From an uncultured delta proteobacterium (GTDB taxonomy: Bacteria > Desulfobacterota > WTBG01 > CAIYCZ01 > CAIRTM01): a stretch of 64,000 nucleotides of DNA. The notes below the pieces were generated by a model. The model saw only the letters and a program-made list of their open reading frames with translations, made no database searches and was not told the DNA's origin. The position numbers and the translations under genes were made by a program. Positions 48,699 through 58,053 of the stretch are shown piece by piece (position 1 is the first letter of the stretch; every line of letters begins with the position of its first letter). The stretch is from contig CAIRTM010000091.1 in NCBI GenBank assembly GCA_903881505.1, forward strand, positions 2,281 to 66,280. The letters run 5' to 3'.

Positions 48699-50261
48699 TT
48701 ATCTGCCTTTGGCTGAGAGGTCTTTTGGCAAAGCTTCAGCTTCCGGCTGCAGAAAAAAGTCATCATCGCCGGGATCGGCCCTGAATTCAAGGCGGCGCTC
48801 GCGAGCGGCATCGACATAGGAGCCGCTTGGAAGCCTGATTTCCCCCTGTGAAGATACAATGATCGCGGACTCACCTGCCACCGGGCACTGTTCTTCGCAG
48901 AACCCGCAGCCGTTGCATTTGTGTTCGATCACGAACGGCCGCCGGAAACCGTCCTTCCACTGAAATACAATCGCATTGTACGGGCACTGTTCATCGCAGA
49001 TCAGGCACAACCGGTCGCGGGCCCAGACCAGGCAGCGGTCCTTATCAATAGAGGCTGTGCCGATTTTTGCGTGTTTCTTTTCATCGAGGCTCAGCTCTCG
49101 CAAAGCGTCCGTGGGGCAGACGCTGCCGCACAAACAGCAGGTCTGGTCGCAACCCGCACGGCGCGGCACAAGGCGCGGCGTCCACAGGCCTTCAAGACCC
49201 TGCTCGAGCATGAGCGGCTGCAGGGTGTTTGTAGGGCACACGTTCATGCAGGCCCCGCAGCGCACGCATCTTTGCAGGAATTCGTTTTCAGGAAGAGCGC
49301 CCGGCGGCCGCAGAAGGCCCGAGGCCCGTAAGGCCCCGCGCGGGGAAAGGTTCTCAAGTGCTGCGGCAGCCAGCCCCGCGCCGGCTGCTGCGATAAATAC
49401 GCGTTTTGACATACGGGTCTGTGCAGAGACATTCACATGTTTCTGCGGGCCGTAGCTGACCGCATTCTGTGGACACACGGCCGCGCAGGTGCCGCACAGG
49501 CTGCACTCGCTTGCGCGAGTTGCCTGAGGGTTGTCCGCCGGTATTGCCTGCAGCGGACAGGGGGTAACGCAGACGCCACAGGCAGTACACGCCCTTGAAA
49601 CCCTTCGTTGTATAAAACTTCTGCGTGCAACAATGCCCAGCAGCGCGCCCAGCGGGCACAGCGAGCGGCACCAGAACCGGTGCGCGAAGCGGTTGACAAT
49701 CAGCAGCGACAGTACAATGGCCGCGCTCAGCCACGCGCCGATAAAAACCGGCTGCTCCGCATGGGCATAGGCCAGAGACAGCCAGCGGTAGTGTTCGGCC
49801 GCCGGCCGCAGCCCGTCCAGCCCGAGATTTACCACCAGCATCACAAGAGGCCAGGCCAGAAAGGCGAATATGCGCGTCAGCAGGGCGACCGGGTCGAGCA
49901 GCCCGGTATAGTTGACCCCCGCCGCGGCTGCTGCCAGCAGGGCGCAGAGAATAAGGTATTTGGGTGCGCGGTTTCGGATACGTCCCGCGCTGGGCTTTCT
50001 GCGGCCGAACAGGTCGAACAGTGTGCCCAGCGGGCAGATCCATGCACAAAAGGCGCGTCCGGCAATCAATGCGGTCGCAAGTATAACGAGGGATGGAAGC
50101 AGCAGGATGGAAAACGTGCGGCCCGCGAGCGAACTGAAACCGGCAAGCAGAGGGCTTGCCTGCAGGAACAGCTCCGGCGGCAGAGGCAGGTACGGCCACG
50201 CGCTCAGGGCGAGCAGCGTTAAAAACAGCATGAGAAAAATAAGTTGCAGGATCCGTCTCAT
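48699..50261 (-). CDS. Membrane polyferredoxin (NapH/MauN plus MauM/NapG-like fusion)
   Basis: CAWICPLG and CRSLCPLG, RPPGA, multiple CxxCxxC motifs. Confidence 0.88.
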   Translation of the reverse strand: MRRILQLIFLMLFLTLLALSAWPYLPLPPELFLQASPLLAGFSSLAGRTFSILLLPSLVILATALIAGRAFCAWICPLGTLFDLFGRRKPSAGRIRNRAPKYLILCALLAAAAAGVNYTGLLDPVALLTRIFAFLAWPLVMLVVNLGLDGLRPAAEHYRWLSLAYAHAEQPVFIGAWLSAAIVLSLLIVNRFAHRFWCRSLCPLGALLGIVARRSFIQRRVSRACTACGVCVTPCPLQAIPADNPQATRASECSLCGTCAAVCPQNAVSYGPQKHVNVSAQTRMSKRVFIAAAGAGLAAAALENLSPRGALRASGLLRPPGALPENEFLQRCVRCGACMNVCPTNTLQPLMLEQGLEGLWTPRLVPRRAGCDQTCCLCGSVCPTDALRELSLDEKKHAKIGTASIDKDRCLVWARDRLCLICDEQCPYNAIVFQWKDGFRRPFVIEHKCNGCGFCEEQCPVAGESAIIVSSQGEIRLPSGSYVDAARERRLEFRADPGDDDFFLQPEAEALPKDLSAKGR

Positions 50262-50309
50262 GAGGGTGCCTGTGGCGCAGTGGCGTGCATTGCCTCGAGC
50301 GATACATCG

Positions 50310-50338
50310 ACTATAGGGAAATCTTTTTCCAGAGTCAA
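50310..50338 (-). promoter_or_regulatory. Sigma70 promoter of the polyferredoxin gene
   Basis: Minus strand reads TTGACT-N17-TATAGT. Confidence 0.65.
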
Positions 50339-50417
50339 TATCGCCATGTTAAAAGCTTTTTGCGGCTTGACCTGTTTTGACGAGATTCTGTGACGGTCGT
50401 GACGCGGCGTGAGGCGA

Positions 50418-50520
50418 TTTCCCCCTTTTAAAAAGCATGTGCTGAGCGCAGCCGAAGCAGGGGATACAGGGGGATTTCCTTCTTCCGGCAAATCCCCCAA
50501 CCCCCTTTGCCAAAGGGGGC
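50418..50520. repeat. Small dispersed palindromic repeat (CCCCCTTT...AAAGGGGG type), two inverted units, one interrupted
   Basis: TCCCCCTTTTAAAAAG[insert]GGGGATACAGGGGGATTT faces AAATCCCCCAACCCCCTTTGCCAAAGGGGG. Confidence 0.65.
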
Positions 50521-50715
50521 TTGAAAACACCTGTCCTACAGGCGATGATCCGGCAAAGCTCCGCAGGGCCTGCTCTGTACTTTAAAAGGCAAAGGAGTCT
50601 TTTCCCGTCCCAACAAACCAGGAAGATCCCAAAATAAAACAGCCGGACACATCCGCCAGGGCGCGGATTTAGTCCGGCATAGAGGTCGTGCCATCACAAC
50701 GGCAATGCATTATAT

Positions 50716-50744
50716 TTGACACACAGACGCTCTTACCCTATAAA
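50716..50744 (+). promoter_or_regulatory. Sigma70 promoter of gpmI
   Basis: TTGACA-N17-TATAAA. Confidence 0.7.
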
Positions 50745-50804
50745 GGAGCACAGTACAGACAACCCGCCTGCTGTTAAAACGCTTACTGCTGCAAGGACCG
50801 CACT

Positions 50805-52499
50805 ATGGACTTCACTCTAAAAAAAATTAACAGCTATACCCCTTCCAAAGGGCCGCTGCTGCTCGTCATCGCCGACGGCGTCGGCCTGTACCGCGGGGAG
50901 GCCGACGGCTATCCCGGCAATGCCTTTGAGCTGGCCAAACCCGCCAACCTGCTGCGCCTGATAGAGCAGGAACGCCTGTCAACGCGCATCAAGGCGCACG
51001 GCACCGCGGTCGGCATGCCCTCGGATGAGGATCAGGGCAACAGCGAAGTCGGCCATAATGCCATCGGCGCGGGCCGGGTGTTCGCGCAGGGGGCGCGCCT
51101 TGTCGAGCAGGCACTTGCAACGGGGCGGCTGTTTGAGGACGCGGGCTGGCAAAAAATCATCGACAATGCCCTGAGCAATAAAGCCCCGGTGCATTTCATC
51201 GGCCTGCTCTCCGACGGCAATGTGCACAGCAACATCGCGCACCTGTGTGCGCTGATCGGAGCCTGCGACAAGGCCGGCATCGAGCAGGTCTACGTCCACT
51301 GCCTGCTTGACGGCCGCGACGTGCCGCCCCTGTCCGCGCTGCGCTACGTGGGCGAACTGGAAGACTTTCTGTGGACCCTGCGTGTATCAGCGCTCAAAAA
51401 CAATCAACAGCGCCGCTATTATATCGCCTCGGGCGGCGGGCGCATGGTCACAACCATGGACCGCTACGAGGCCGACTGGTCGATAGTGGAGCGCGGCTAT
51501 CACGCCCACGTTCTGGGTGACGGGCCGCTGTTTGCCGATGCTGTCAGCGCCATCAAGGCCCTTCGGCTTGAGAGCCGCGTGGATGACCAGTATCTGCCGC
51601 ACTGGGTGGTGCATGACCCGCAGGATGCAAAGCAGCCGGTCGGCCCGATAAAAGACGGCCACAGCGTCGTGTTTTTCAATTTTCGCGGCGACCGGGCCAT
51701 CGAGATCAGCCGCGCGTTTACCGAGCCTGATTTCAAGGCATTCAAGCGCCGCTCCTTTCCGAAGGCCGTTTATGCCGGCATGATGGAATATGACGGCGAC
51801 CTGCACATACCGCCGCTCTACCTGGTGGAGCCTCCGGCCATCGACCGCACGGTGTCCGAGTATCTGGCCCGCAACGGCGTGTCGCAGTATGCCATCAGCG
51901 AAACCCAGAAATTCGGCCATGTCACCTATTTCTGGAACGGCAACAATTCCGCTAAATTCGATCCTGCGCTTGAGGAGTGGGTGGAAATACCGTCGGATAA
52001 AATCGCCTTTGACCGAGCTCCTGAAATGAAGGCCCGCGAAATTGCCGATACCCTTGAGCAGGCGCTGCGCTCAGGGCGCTACCGGTTCCTTCGCGTTAAT
52101 TTCGCCAATGGCGACATGGTGGGGCATACGGGATCGCTGCCTGCCGCGATCCGGGCCGTGCAGGCGGTTGATGCTGCCGTGGGCAGGCTGCTCAGTGTTA
52201 TTGACGAACTGGGCGGCACGCTTGTACTGACAGCCGATCACGGCAACTGCGAACAGATGATCGCGGTAGAGAAAAGTACCGGCAAGCCGGTTGCCGGCCC
52301 CGGCGGAACCTATAAGCCGCTGACGAGCCACACCCTGAATCCGGTGGCGTTCGTAGTCCATGGCGCGCACAGCACAGCCTTTGAGTTGAACCGGGATATC
52401 CCGGAACCGGGCCTGGGCAATATCGCCGCAACGCTGCTCTTGCTGCTGGGGTACGAAAAGCCGGGGGACTATCTTGATCCGCTTCTGAAGATGAAATAA
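50805..52499 (+). CDS. gpmI: 2,3-bisphosphoglycerate-independent phosphoglycerate mutase
   Basis: GNSEVGH, SDGNVHS, DGRD, NFRGDR, DMVGHTG, TADHGN. Confidence 0.95.
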   Translation: MDFTLKKINSYTPSKGPLLLVIADGVGLYRGEADGYPGNAFELAKPANLLRLIEQERLSTRIKAHGTAVGMPSDEDQGNSEVGHNAIGAGRVFAQGARLVEQALATGRLFEDAGWQKIIDNALSNKAPVHFIGLLSDGNVHSNIAHLCALIGACDKAGIEQVYVHCLLDGRDVPPLSALRYVGELEDFLWTLRVSALKNNQQRRYYIASGGGRMVTTMDRYEADWSIVERGYHAHVLGDGPLFADAVSAIKALRLESRVDDQYLPHWVVHDPQDAKQPVGPIKDGHSVVFFNFRGDRAIEISRAFTEPDFKAFKRRSFPKAVYAGMMEYDGDLHIPPLYLVEPPAIDRTVSEYLARNGVSQYAISETQKFGHVTYFWNGNNSAKFDPALEEWVEIPSDKIAFDRAPEMKAREIADTLEQALRSGRYRFLRVNFANGDMVGHTGSLPAAIRAVQAVDAAVGRLLSVIDELGGTLVLTADHGNCEQMIAVEKSTGKPVAGPGGTYKPLTSHTLNPVAFVVHGAHSTAFELNRDIPEPGLGNIAATLLLLLGYEKPGDYLDPLLKMK

Positions 52500-52575
52500 A
52501 CGGGCCGAGGCCGGCTGACTCTGCAGCCCGGCGTATATAATCTGCGTATCCGTTCCCTCATGATTTAGAGAAAAA

Positions 52576-52606
52576 AAGCAATTCCGGCGCAAGGCCGGAA
52601 TTGCTT
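52576..52606 (-). terminator. Hairpin terminator between convergent genes
   Basis: AAGCAATTCCGGC-GCAAG-GCCGGAATTGCTT preceded by an A-tract (U-tract on the minus strand). Confidence 0.7.
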
Positions 52607-52666
52607 GTGCGTGCATCGGCTTGCCGGCGCCCCTCCCTGCATCAGCAAAGGCCGCCGCGGCTGTAG

Positions 52667-53518
52667 TTACGGCTGGTCGCCGTCAACAAACAGAACAACC
52701 GGGGTTTGTACGCTGATGGCCAGATTGCTCTTGGACCAGGTTCCGTAAAAGGCGGCGTTTATGAACTTGTTAACACTCTTGGCCACATCCGAAAAAAAGT
52801 AGCTCGGCGTGTACATGCAGTTTGTGCAGGCCGGGCAGTGATTGTCGGCAAAACTGCAGTGAAACCACTTGGGCGAATAGCCGCAGGGATTGAATGAGTA
52901 TACCTTTTTCACGCGGTAGAATGCCCGCTGGCCCATGCTGCCGTAATAGGCTGCCCTGGCGGCGTCTTCCTTGGTAACAAAGCAGGTCGTGACATCAAAA
53001 CCCCAGTACATGGCCGGCACGACCACGTTGCCGGTATTGCTGCAGTTGTAGGGATCGATGCTGAAAATAGCATCGGAAAGCGACGGGTCGGCTGAAACAG
53101 CACTCTGGGCCGCCTGTCCGCCGGCGGAATGGCCGCCCATCAGCCAGTGCGAAATCGAGGTGCAGCCGGTTCCGGCCAGCCAGCCGACCAGGTTGGCCCG
53201 CACGGCAAGGGCCAGGTTGCGGAACTTGGTTGCATCGGTTTTTACCATGTTGCCGGGAACGTGGTCCATGATAACCACAATGTAGCCGTAAGCTGTAAGG
53301 GCGTTGGCCAGGCTGTCATAGCCTTCACGCGACATCGCTGTGCCGACGCCAAGCAGAATCGCCTCCCGGGCTCCCGGGGCCGGATTGGGATAAAAGACTT
53401 TTACCTGTCCCTGGGAAATATCCTTGGTAAATGACGCTGCCTCTGCATTGCTGAATCCGAAAACTGCAAGCGCCGCAAGGGCGACTGTTATTGCAATACT
53501 CTTTGATGTTTTTTTCAT
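52667..53518 (-). CDS. Secreted alpha/beta hydrolase (chlorophyllase/cutinase-like fold)
   Basis: Signal peptide ending AEA; GGHSAGG nucleophile elbow, IDPY, FHCSF. Confidence 0.72.
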   Translation of the reverse strand: MKKTSKSIAITVALAALAVFGFSNAEAASFTKDISQGQVKVFYPNPAPGAREAILLGVGTAMSREGYDSLANALTAYGYIVVIMDHVPGNMVKTDATKFRNLALAVRANLVGWLAGTGCTSISHWLMGGHSAGGQAAQSAVSADPSLSDAIFSIDPYNCSNTGNVVVPAMYWGFDVTTCFVTKEDAARAAYYGSMGQRAFYRVKKVYSFNPCGYSPKWFHCSFADNHCPACTNCMYTPSYFFSDVAKSVNKFINAAFYGTWSKSNLAISVQTPVVLFVDGDQP

Positions 53519-54099
53519 AATAATCCTCACTTTCTATGAATTTTATATTTATTTTGACTGGTTTTTAATTCAAAATAACAACATTTTGTTGGCTGAATAA
53601 TTATGCATTTTCAAAATAACGGCAAGCTATTTTTTTCTTTTTTTTACAATTAACGCTATTGTTTTCTCTATAGAAATAATACTTATAACAGATAAAACAA
53701 TGTGAAATAATATTGGTTTTTAAATAGCGGCTTGACAAACAAATCAATTTTATTTATCGTTTCAATTACCTGTATTGCACACATCGAAGGGGGCAAATAC
53801 TCTCAATCTATAACAGTGTCTGAGCTTTACGCCGGCCTGCAGACGGCGACTGCGAATTTTGAACGGGGTGGCCGGGAGCGAATCCGCGCACATGGAGGCT
53901 GTGTCGCAATTCATTGTAGACTGCCATTTCGGATCTGCCGCGGACGCTGATACATCTCAAGGCTTTGATTTTGCTTCAGGCAAAGATTTCTCCCGGAGCC
54001 TGCCCTGCGCTGGCCGAATGGGTCAAGATAATGCCTTTTTGCATTGCAGTCCTCCATGTCCCGAAATTACAGCTGCGGCAGTATGGCGCAGGAATCCGG

Positions 54100-56988
54100 A
54101 TGAAGGCTCATATGAAAAGCTTCTGCATTTTTTGCATGGCGGCGGCTGTGATTGGTATGGCCTGCCCTGCGGCATATGCCCTGTCGCCCGGAGACATGAA
54201 TAAAGCGCCGGCCGCGCCGGATGATCACGCGCTCGCTTCAAACCCGCTGTGGTGCATCGTGTGTGCGGCGCCCGGCGGTATCGGCACCATTAAAAACGGC
54301 ACGCTCGGCATGGTCAACGACTATATCACGGAGATGCTTGGCTACAGCCGGCAGGAGCTGCAGGGCCGCGGCGAGAGGATGCTGTATGCGGACGAAAACG
54401 ACTACGCCCTGGTCCAGAGCAGGCTGCAGGATATGCGCGGCCGGCGCGAAGCCGCCCTTGACACCCGCTGGAAAACAAAGGCCGGCAGGATCGTGGATGT
54501 CCATCTGCTTGTATCGCCGCTTGAACCCGGCAGCCCCGCGGCCGGCTTCGTATTCGTGGTACATGACATTACCGAGCGCAAACAGGCCGAAAATGCCGTC
54601 AGGCGCAGGGCGAGCCGCACCCATGCAGCGGCTGTTGCTGTCCTTTGCCTGCCTGTCATTCTGCTTGTTTTGCTGGCGCGGAAGCACGCACGGCTGCGGC
54701 AATCCGAGCAGGAGCTAAGGACTTTCAAGGAGGCTTTTGAGAATTTAACGGATGCCGTCGGCATGGCAACACCCCAGGGCCGGCATTATTACCAGAACAG
54801 GGCTTTTGATAATCTGTTCGGAACCATAGGCGATAACCCGATCGACAGGTTTGTTGATCCGGCTGTCGGCAGGAATATTTTTGCAACGATCATGTCCGGA
54901 GAGCTTTGGACGGGCGAAGCCCGGATGTACGGCCGCGAGCGCAAAATTATCGATGTTTTTCTGAGGGCATACCCCAACAAAAACAAAAACGGCACCATCA
55001 TATCACTTGTCGGCATTCTTTCTGACATCACCGCAAGCAAGCAGGCGACGGCTGCGCTGCGCGAAAGTGAAAAAAATGTCAGCAACATCCTGAACACGAT
55101 TGACGATGTTGTCATGTCCTATTCGCTCAGGGATGAGCGCACAGCCTACCTGAGCCCCTCGCTTGAAAAAATATTCGGCGTAAAGCTGGGTCGGCATATA
55201 GCAGACTGGCACCTGTGGATGGAATCCGTGCACCCGGACGACATGCAAAAACTCAATGATTCCATAGCCCGGCTGGCTGAACACGGCCTTTCAGACGAAG
55301 AGTTCAGGATTCTACGGCCCGACGGCAGCATTGCCTGGGTGCGTTCACGCGCTAAGATTATTTGCGACGAAGCAGGCAGACCCGACAGACTTGACCGGAT
55401 CATAAGCGATATTACCGAGCGCAAACAGGCCGAAATAGCCCTGCGCGAAAGCGAGGCCAAGCTGGCTGCGCTTTTTTCCTCCATGACCGAGATGGTCGTT
55501 CTGCATGACCTGGTGTTTGATCAAGGCCGCCCCGTCAACTATCGCATTGTCGATTGCAACAGCGCCTTTACCGATGTAACGGGAATCGCCCGGGAAGCTG
55601 CAGTGGGCAGGCTCGCCACCGAGGTGTACGGCACCGATACGCCTCCGCACCTTGAGGAGTTCAGCCGGGTGGCCCTGACGGGCGAGTCGTGCAGCTTCGA
55701 GACCTTTTTCCCTCCCATGCGGAAACATTTTTCCGTTTCCGTGGTGTGCCCCGGTGAAAACAGGTTCGCCACCATCACAACCGACATCACCGGGCGCAGG
55801 CGGTCCGAGGAGGCGCACGAGCGATTGCAGGCCCAGCTCATCCAGGCCCAAAAGATCGAATCCATCGGCCGGCTTGCCGGCGGTGTGGCCCATGATTTCA
55901 ATAATATCCTCAGCGTGATTCTGGGCTATACGGACATGGCGCTTCAAACTGCAGGCGAGAACCAGCCCCTGCGCGCCGATCTTCTCGAAATCCGTCAGGC
56001 GGTCGAGCGCTCATCAAAGCTGACCCGGCAGCTGCTGGCGTTTGCACGCAAGCAGACCATCGCGCCCCGGGTGCTTGACCTGAACGCAACCGTGGAGGAA
56101 ATGCTCAAGATGCTGCGCCGGCTGATCGGTGAGGACATCGATCTGGCCTGGCTGCCGGGTAAAAGTCTGCGGCCGGTTAAAATCGACCCCTCGCAGCTTG
56201 ATCAGGTCCTGGCCAATCTGTGCGTCAATGCGCGGGATGCGATCTCGGACGTGGGACGCGTTACCATTGAAACAGCCAATGCCACGCTCGATGAAGCCCA
56301 CTGCGCCCGGCATCCGGACTGCGCACCGGGCGATTATGTCATGCTGGCGGTGAGCGATACCGGCTGCGGCATGGACCGGGAAACGCTGGCAAATATTTTC
56401 GACCCGTTTTTTACCACCAAGGATGTCGGCACAGGCACCGGGCTGGGGCTTTCAACCGTGTATGGGATCGTGAAGCAGAACAGCGGCTGCATCGACGTTT
56501 TCAGTGAACCGGGCCATGGAACCCGGTTCATAATCTACCTGCCGCAGCACAGCGATGATACCGGGCTGTCAGGAGACCCTGATGCTCCGGACAGGCCGGT
56601 AGCGCGCGGAACTGAAACCGTTCTGCTCGCCGAGGATGAGCCTGCAAATCTTGAAATGTATCGCAGAATGCTCGACCGGCTCGGATATGCGGTGCTGCCG
56701 GCGTCCACGCCGGAAGAATGCCTGCGGCTGGCCCGTGAGTGCACAGGCCGCATAGATCTGCTCCTGACCGATGTCGTCATGCCCGGAATGAACGGGCCCG
56801 ATCTGGCGAAAACCCTGCGTGCCGACAGCCCCGGCCTGAAATGCCTGTTTATGTCCGGCTATACGGACAAGGCCTTTAATCATCAGGGTGTGCTTGAGCC
56901 CGGCATACACTTTATTCAAAAGCCGTTCTCACTCGAGGAACTTGCGGATAAGGTCAGGGAAGTTCTGGACGGTCCGGCCCGGCATTAA
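54100..56988 (+). CDS. Multi-PAS hybrid sensor histidine kinase/response regulator
   Basis: Four PAS/PAC units, AHDFNN, HATPase, C-terminal REC. Start uncertain. Confidence 0.9.
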   Translation: MKAHMKSFCIFCMAAAVIGMACPAAYALSPGDMNKAPAAPDDHALASNPLWCIVCAAPGGIGTIKNGTLGMVNDYITEMLGYSRQELQGRGERMLYADENDYALVQSRLQDMRGRREAALDTRWKTKAGRIVDVHLLVSPLEPGSPAAGFVFVVHDITERKQAENAVRRRASRTHAAAVAVLCLPVILLVLLARKHARLRQSEQELRTFKEAFENLTDAVGMATPQGRHYYQNRAFDNLFGTIGDNPIDRFVDPAVGRNIFATIMSGELWTGEARMYGRERKIIDVFLRAYPNKNKNGTIISLVGILSDITASKQATAALRESEKNVSNILNTIDDVVMSYSLRDERTAYLSPSLEKIFGVKLGRHIADWHLWMESVHPDDMQKLNDSIARLAEHGLSDEEFRILRPDGSIAWVRSRAKIICDEAGRPDRLDRIISDITERKQAEIALRESEAKLAALFSSMTEMVVLHDLVFDQGRPVNYRIVDCNSAFTDVTGIAREAAVGRLATEVYGTDTPPHLEEFSRVALTGESCSFETFFPPMRKHFSVSVVCPGENRFATITTDITGRRRSEEAHERLQAQLIQAQKIESIGRLAGGVAHDFNNILSVILGYTDMALQTAGENQPLRADLLEIRQAVERSSKLTRQLLAFARKQTIAPRVLDLNATVEEMLKMLRRLIGEDIDLAWLPGKSLRPVKIDPSQLDQVLANLCVNARDAISDVGRVTIETANATLDEAHCARHPDCAPGDYVMLAVSDTGCGMDRETLANIFDPFFTTKDVGTGTGLGLSTVYGIVKQNSGCIDVFSEPGHGTRFIIYLPQHSDDTGLSGDPDAPDRPVARGTETVLLAEDEPANLEMYRRMLDRLGYAVLPASTPEECLRLARECTGRIDLLLTDVVMPGMNGPDLAKTLRADSPGLKCLFMSGYTDKAFNHQGVLEPGIHFIQKPFSLEELADKVREVLDGPARH

Positions 56989-57006
56989 CAGTCTGCAGGG
57001 GCGCTG

Positions 57007-58053
57007 CTATGCGCGCCGGCGGCCGCCTGGGCCCTGCCCGGCAGGCCGGCCGAGGGCTGCAAGGGTTTCAAGCATGCTGCGATGGGAGTCTTCGGGAGTG
57101 CCTTGGCTGCCGGCCTTGCCGGGATAGATTTCATACAGGCAGCGGTAACTCGGGGGGGTCAGGTTGGGCATGCACACATTGGCGCCGCGGGTAAGGCCGT
57201 GTGCGCGGCCGTGCGCGCTGTTGATGGTTGCAAGCGCCGTGGTGCTGGGAATGTTGGCCTCGGGGCACGCAAGGCGCGCAAGCGCCACGACAATGCAGGC
57301 CATCTGTTCGGTTGCCGGCGCCTGATCAGCACCGGCGGCCGGCGCACCTTCGCGGCCCAGCCGGGTTGCGGGGTGCGCGATATACGGCCCTATCCCGATC
57401 ATATCAAGATCAAGCTCCCTGAAAAGCGCAAGATCGCGGGCAATGCTTGCACGGGTCTGGCCGGGAATGCCGACCATGATACCGCTGCCGGTTTCATAGC
57501 CCAGAGCTTTAATGGTGCGCAGCAGCGCAATCCGGTCGCAGACAGCCTGATCATTATGGGGGGGATGAATGCGTGCGAAGAGTCCCCGGTCCGAGGTCTC
57601 AAAACGCAGAAGATAGCGGTCGGCGCCGCGTGCGCGCCACAGCGCAAGCTCATCAGGCGCGCGCTCGCCCAGGCTGAGCGTTACGGCCAGACCGGTTGTG
57701 CCTTTGATATCGCCGACAAGGTCGGCAACCCATTGGGAGTCCAGCTCCGGGTCTTCGCCCGCCTGAAGTACTATCGTTCCGTAGCCGAACGCAAACGCCC
57801 GGCGGGCGCAGGCCATGATTTCATCGCGCGACAGGCGATAGCGTTTCAGCGCGGCGTGCGCGGCGCTGATGCCGCAATACGTGCACAACCTCGCGCAATG
57901 GTTTGAAATTTCCACCAGCCCGCGCAGATGCACGCAGTCGCCGACCCGGCGCGCCCGTTCCTGATCGGCCATCTCCCAGAGACGCTCGAGCCGTTTCGGA
58001 TCATCGCAGCGCAGCCAGGCGAGAATTTCGCCGCGCGCAAGCTCAGGAGCCAC
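57007..58053 (-). CDS. hydE: [FeFe]-hydrogenase maturase HydE
   Basis: SNHCARLCTYCG, YLLRFET, GANVCMPN, YEIYPGK. GTG start overlaps the hydF stop. Confidence 0.92.
   Translation of the reverse strand: MAPELARGEILAWLRCDDPKRLERLWEMADQERARRVGDCVHLRGLVEISNHCARLCTYCGISAAHAALKRYRLSRDEIMACARRAFAFGYGTIVLQAGEDPELDSQWVADLVGDIKGTTGLAVTLSLGERAPDELALWRARGADRYLLRFETSDRGLFARIHPPHNDQAVCDRIALLRTIKALGYETGSGIMVGIPGQTRASIARDLALFRELDLDMIGIGPYIAHPATRLGREGAPAAGADQAPATEQMACIVVALARLACPEANIPSTTALATINSAHGRAHGLTRGANVCMPNLTPPSYRCLYEIYPGKAGSQGTPEDSHRSMLETLAALGRPAGQGPGGRRRA

Noticed and set aside
50258-50530. 90 aa ORF upstream of the polyferredoxin
   Set aside because: It is composed of palindromic repeat sequence and the promoter, so it is likely spurious.
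53732-53747. FNR box in the AT-rich intergenic region
   Set aside because: TTGAC and ATCAA are 6 nt apart rather than 4. It reads better as a -35 element.
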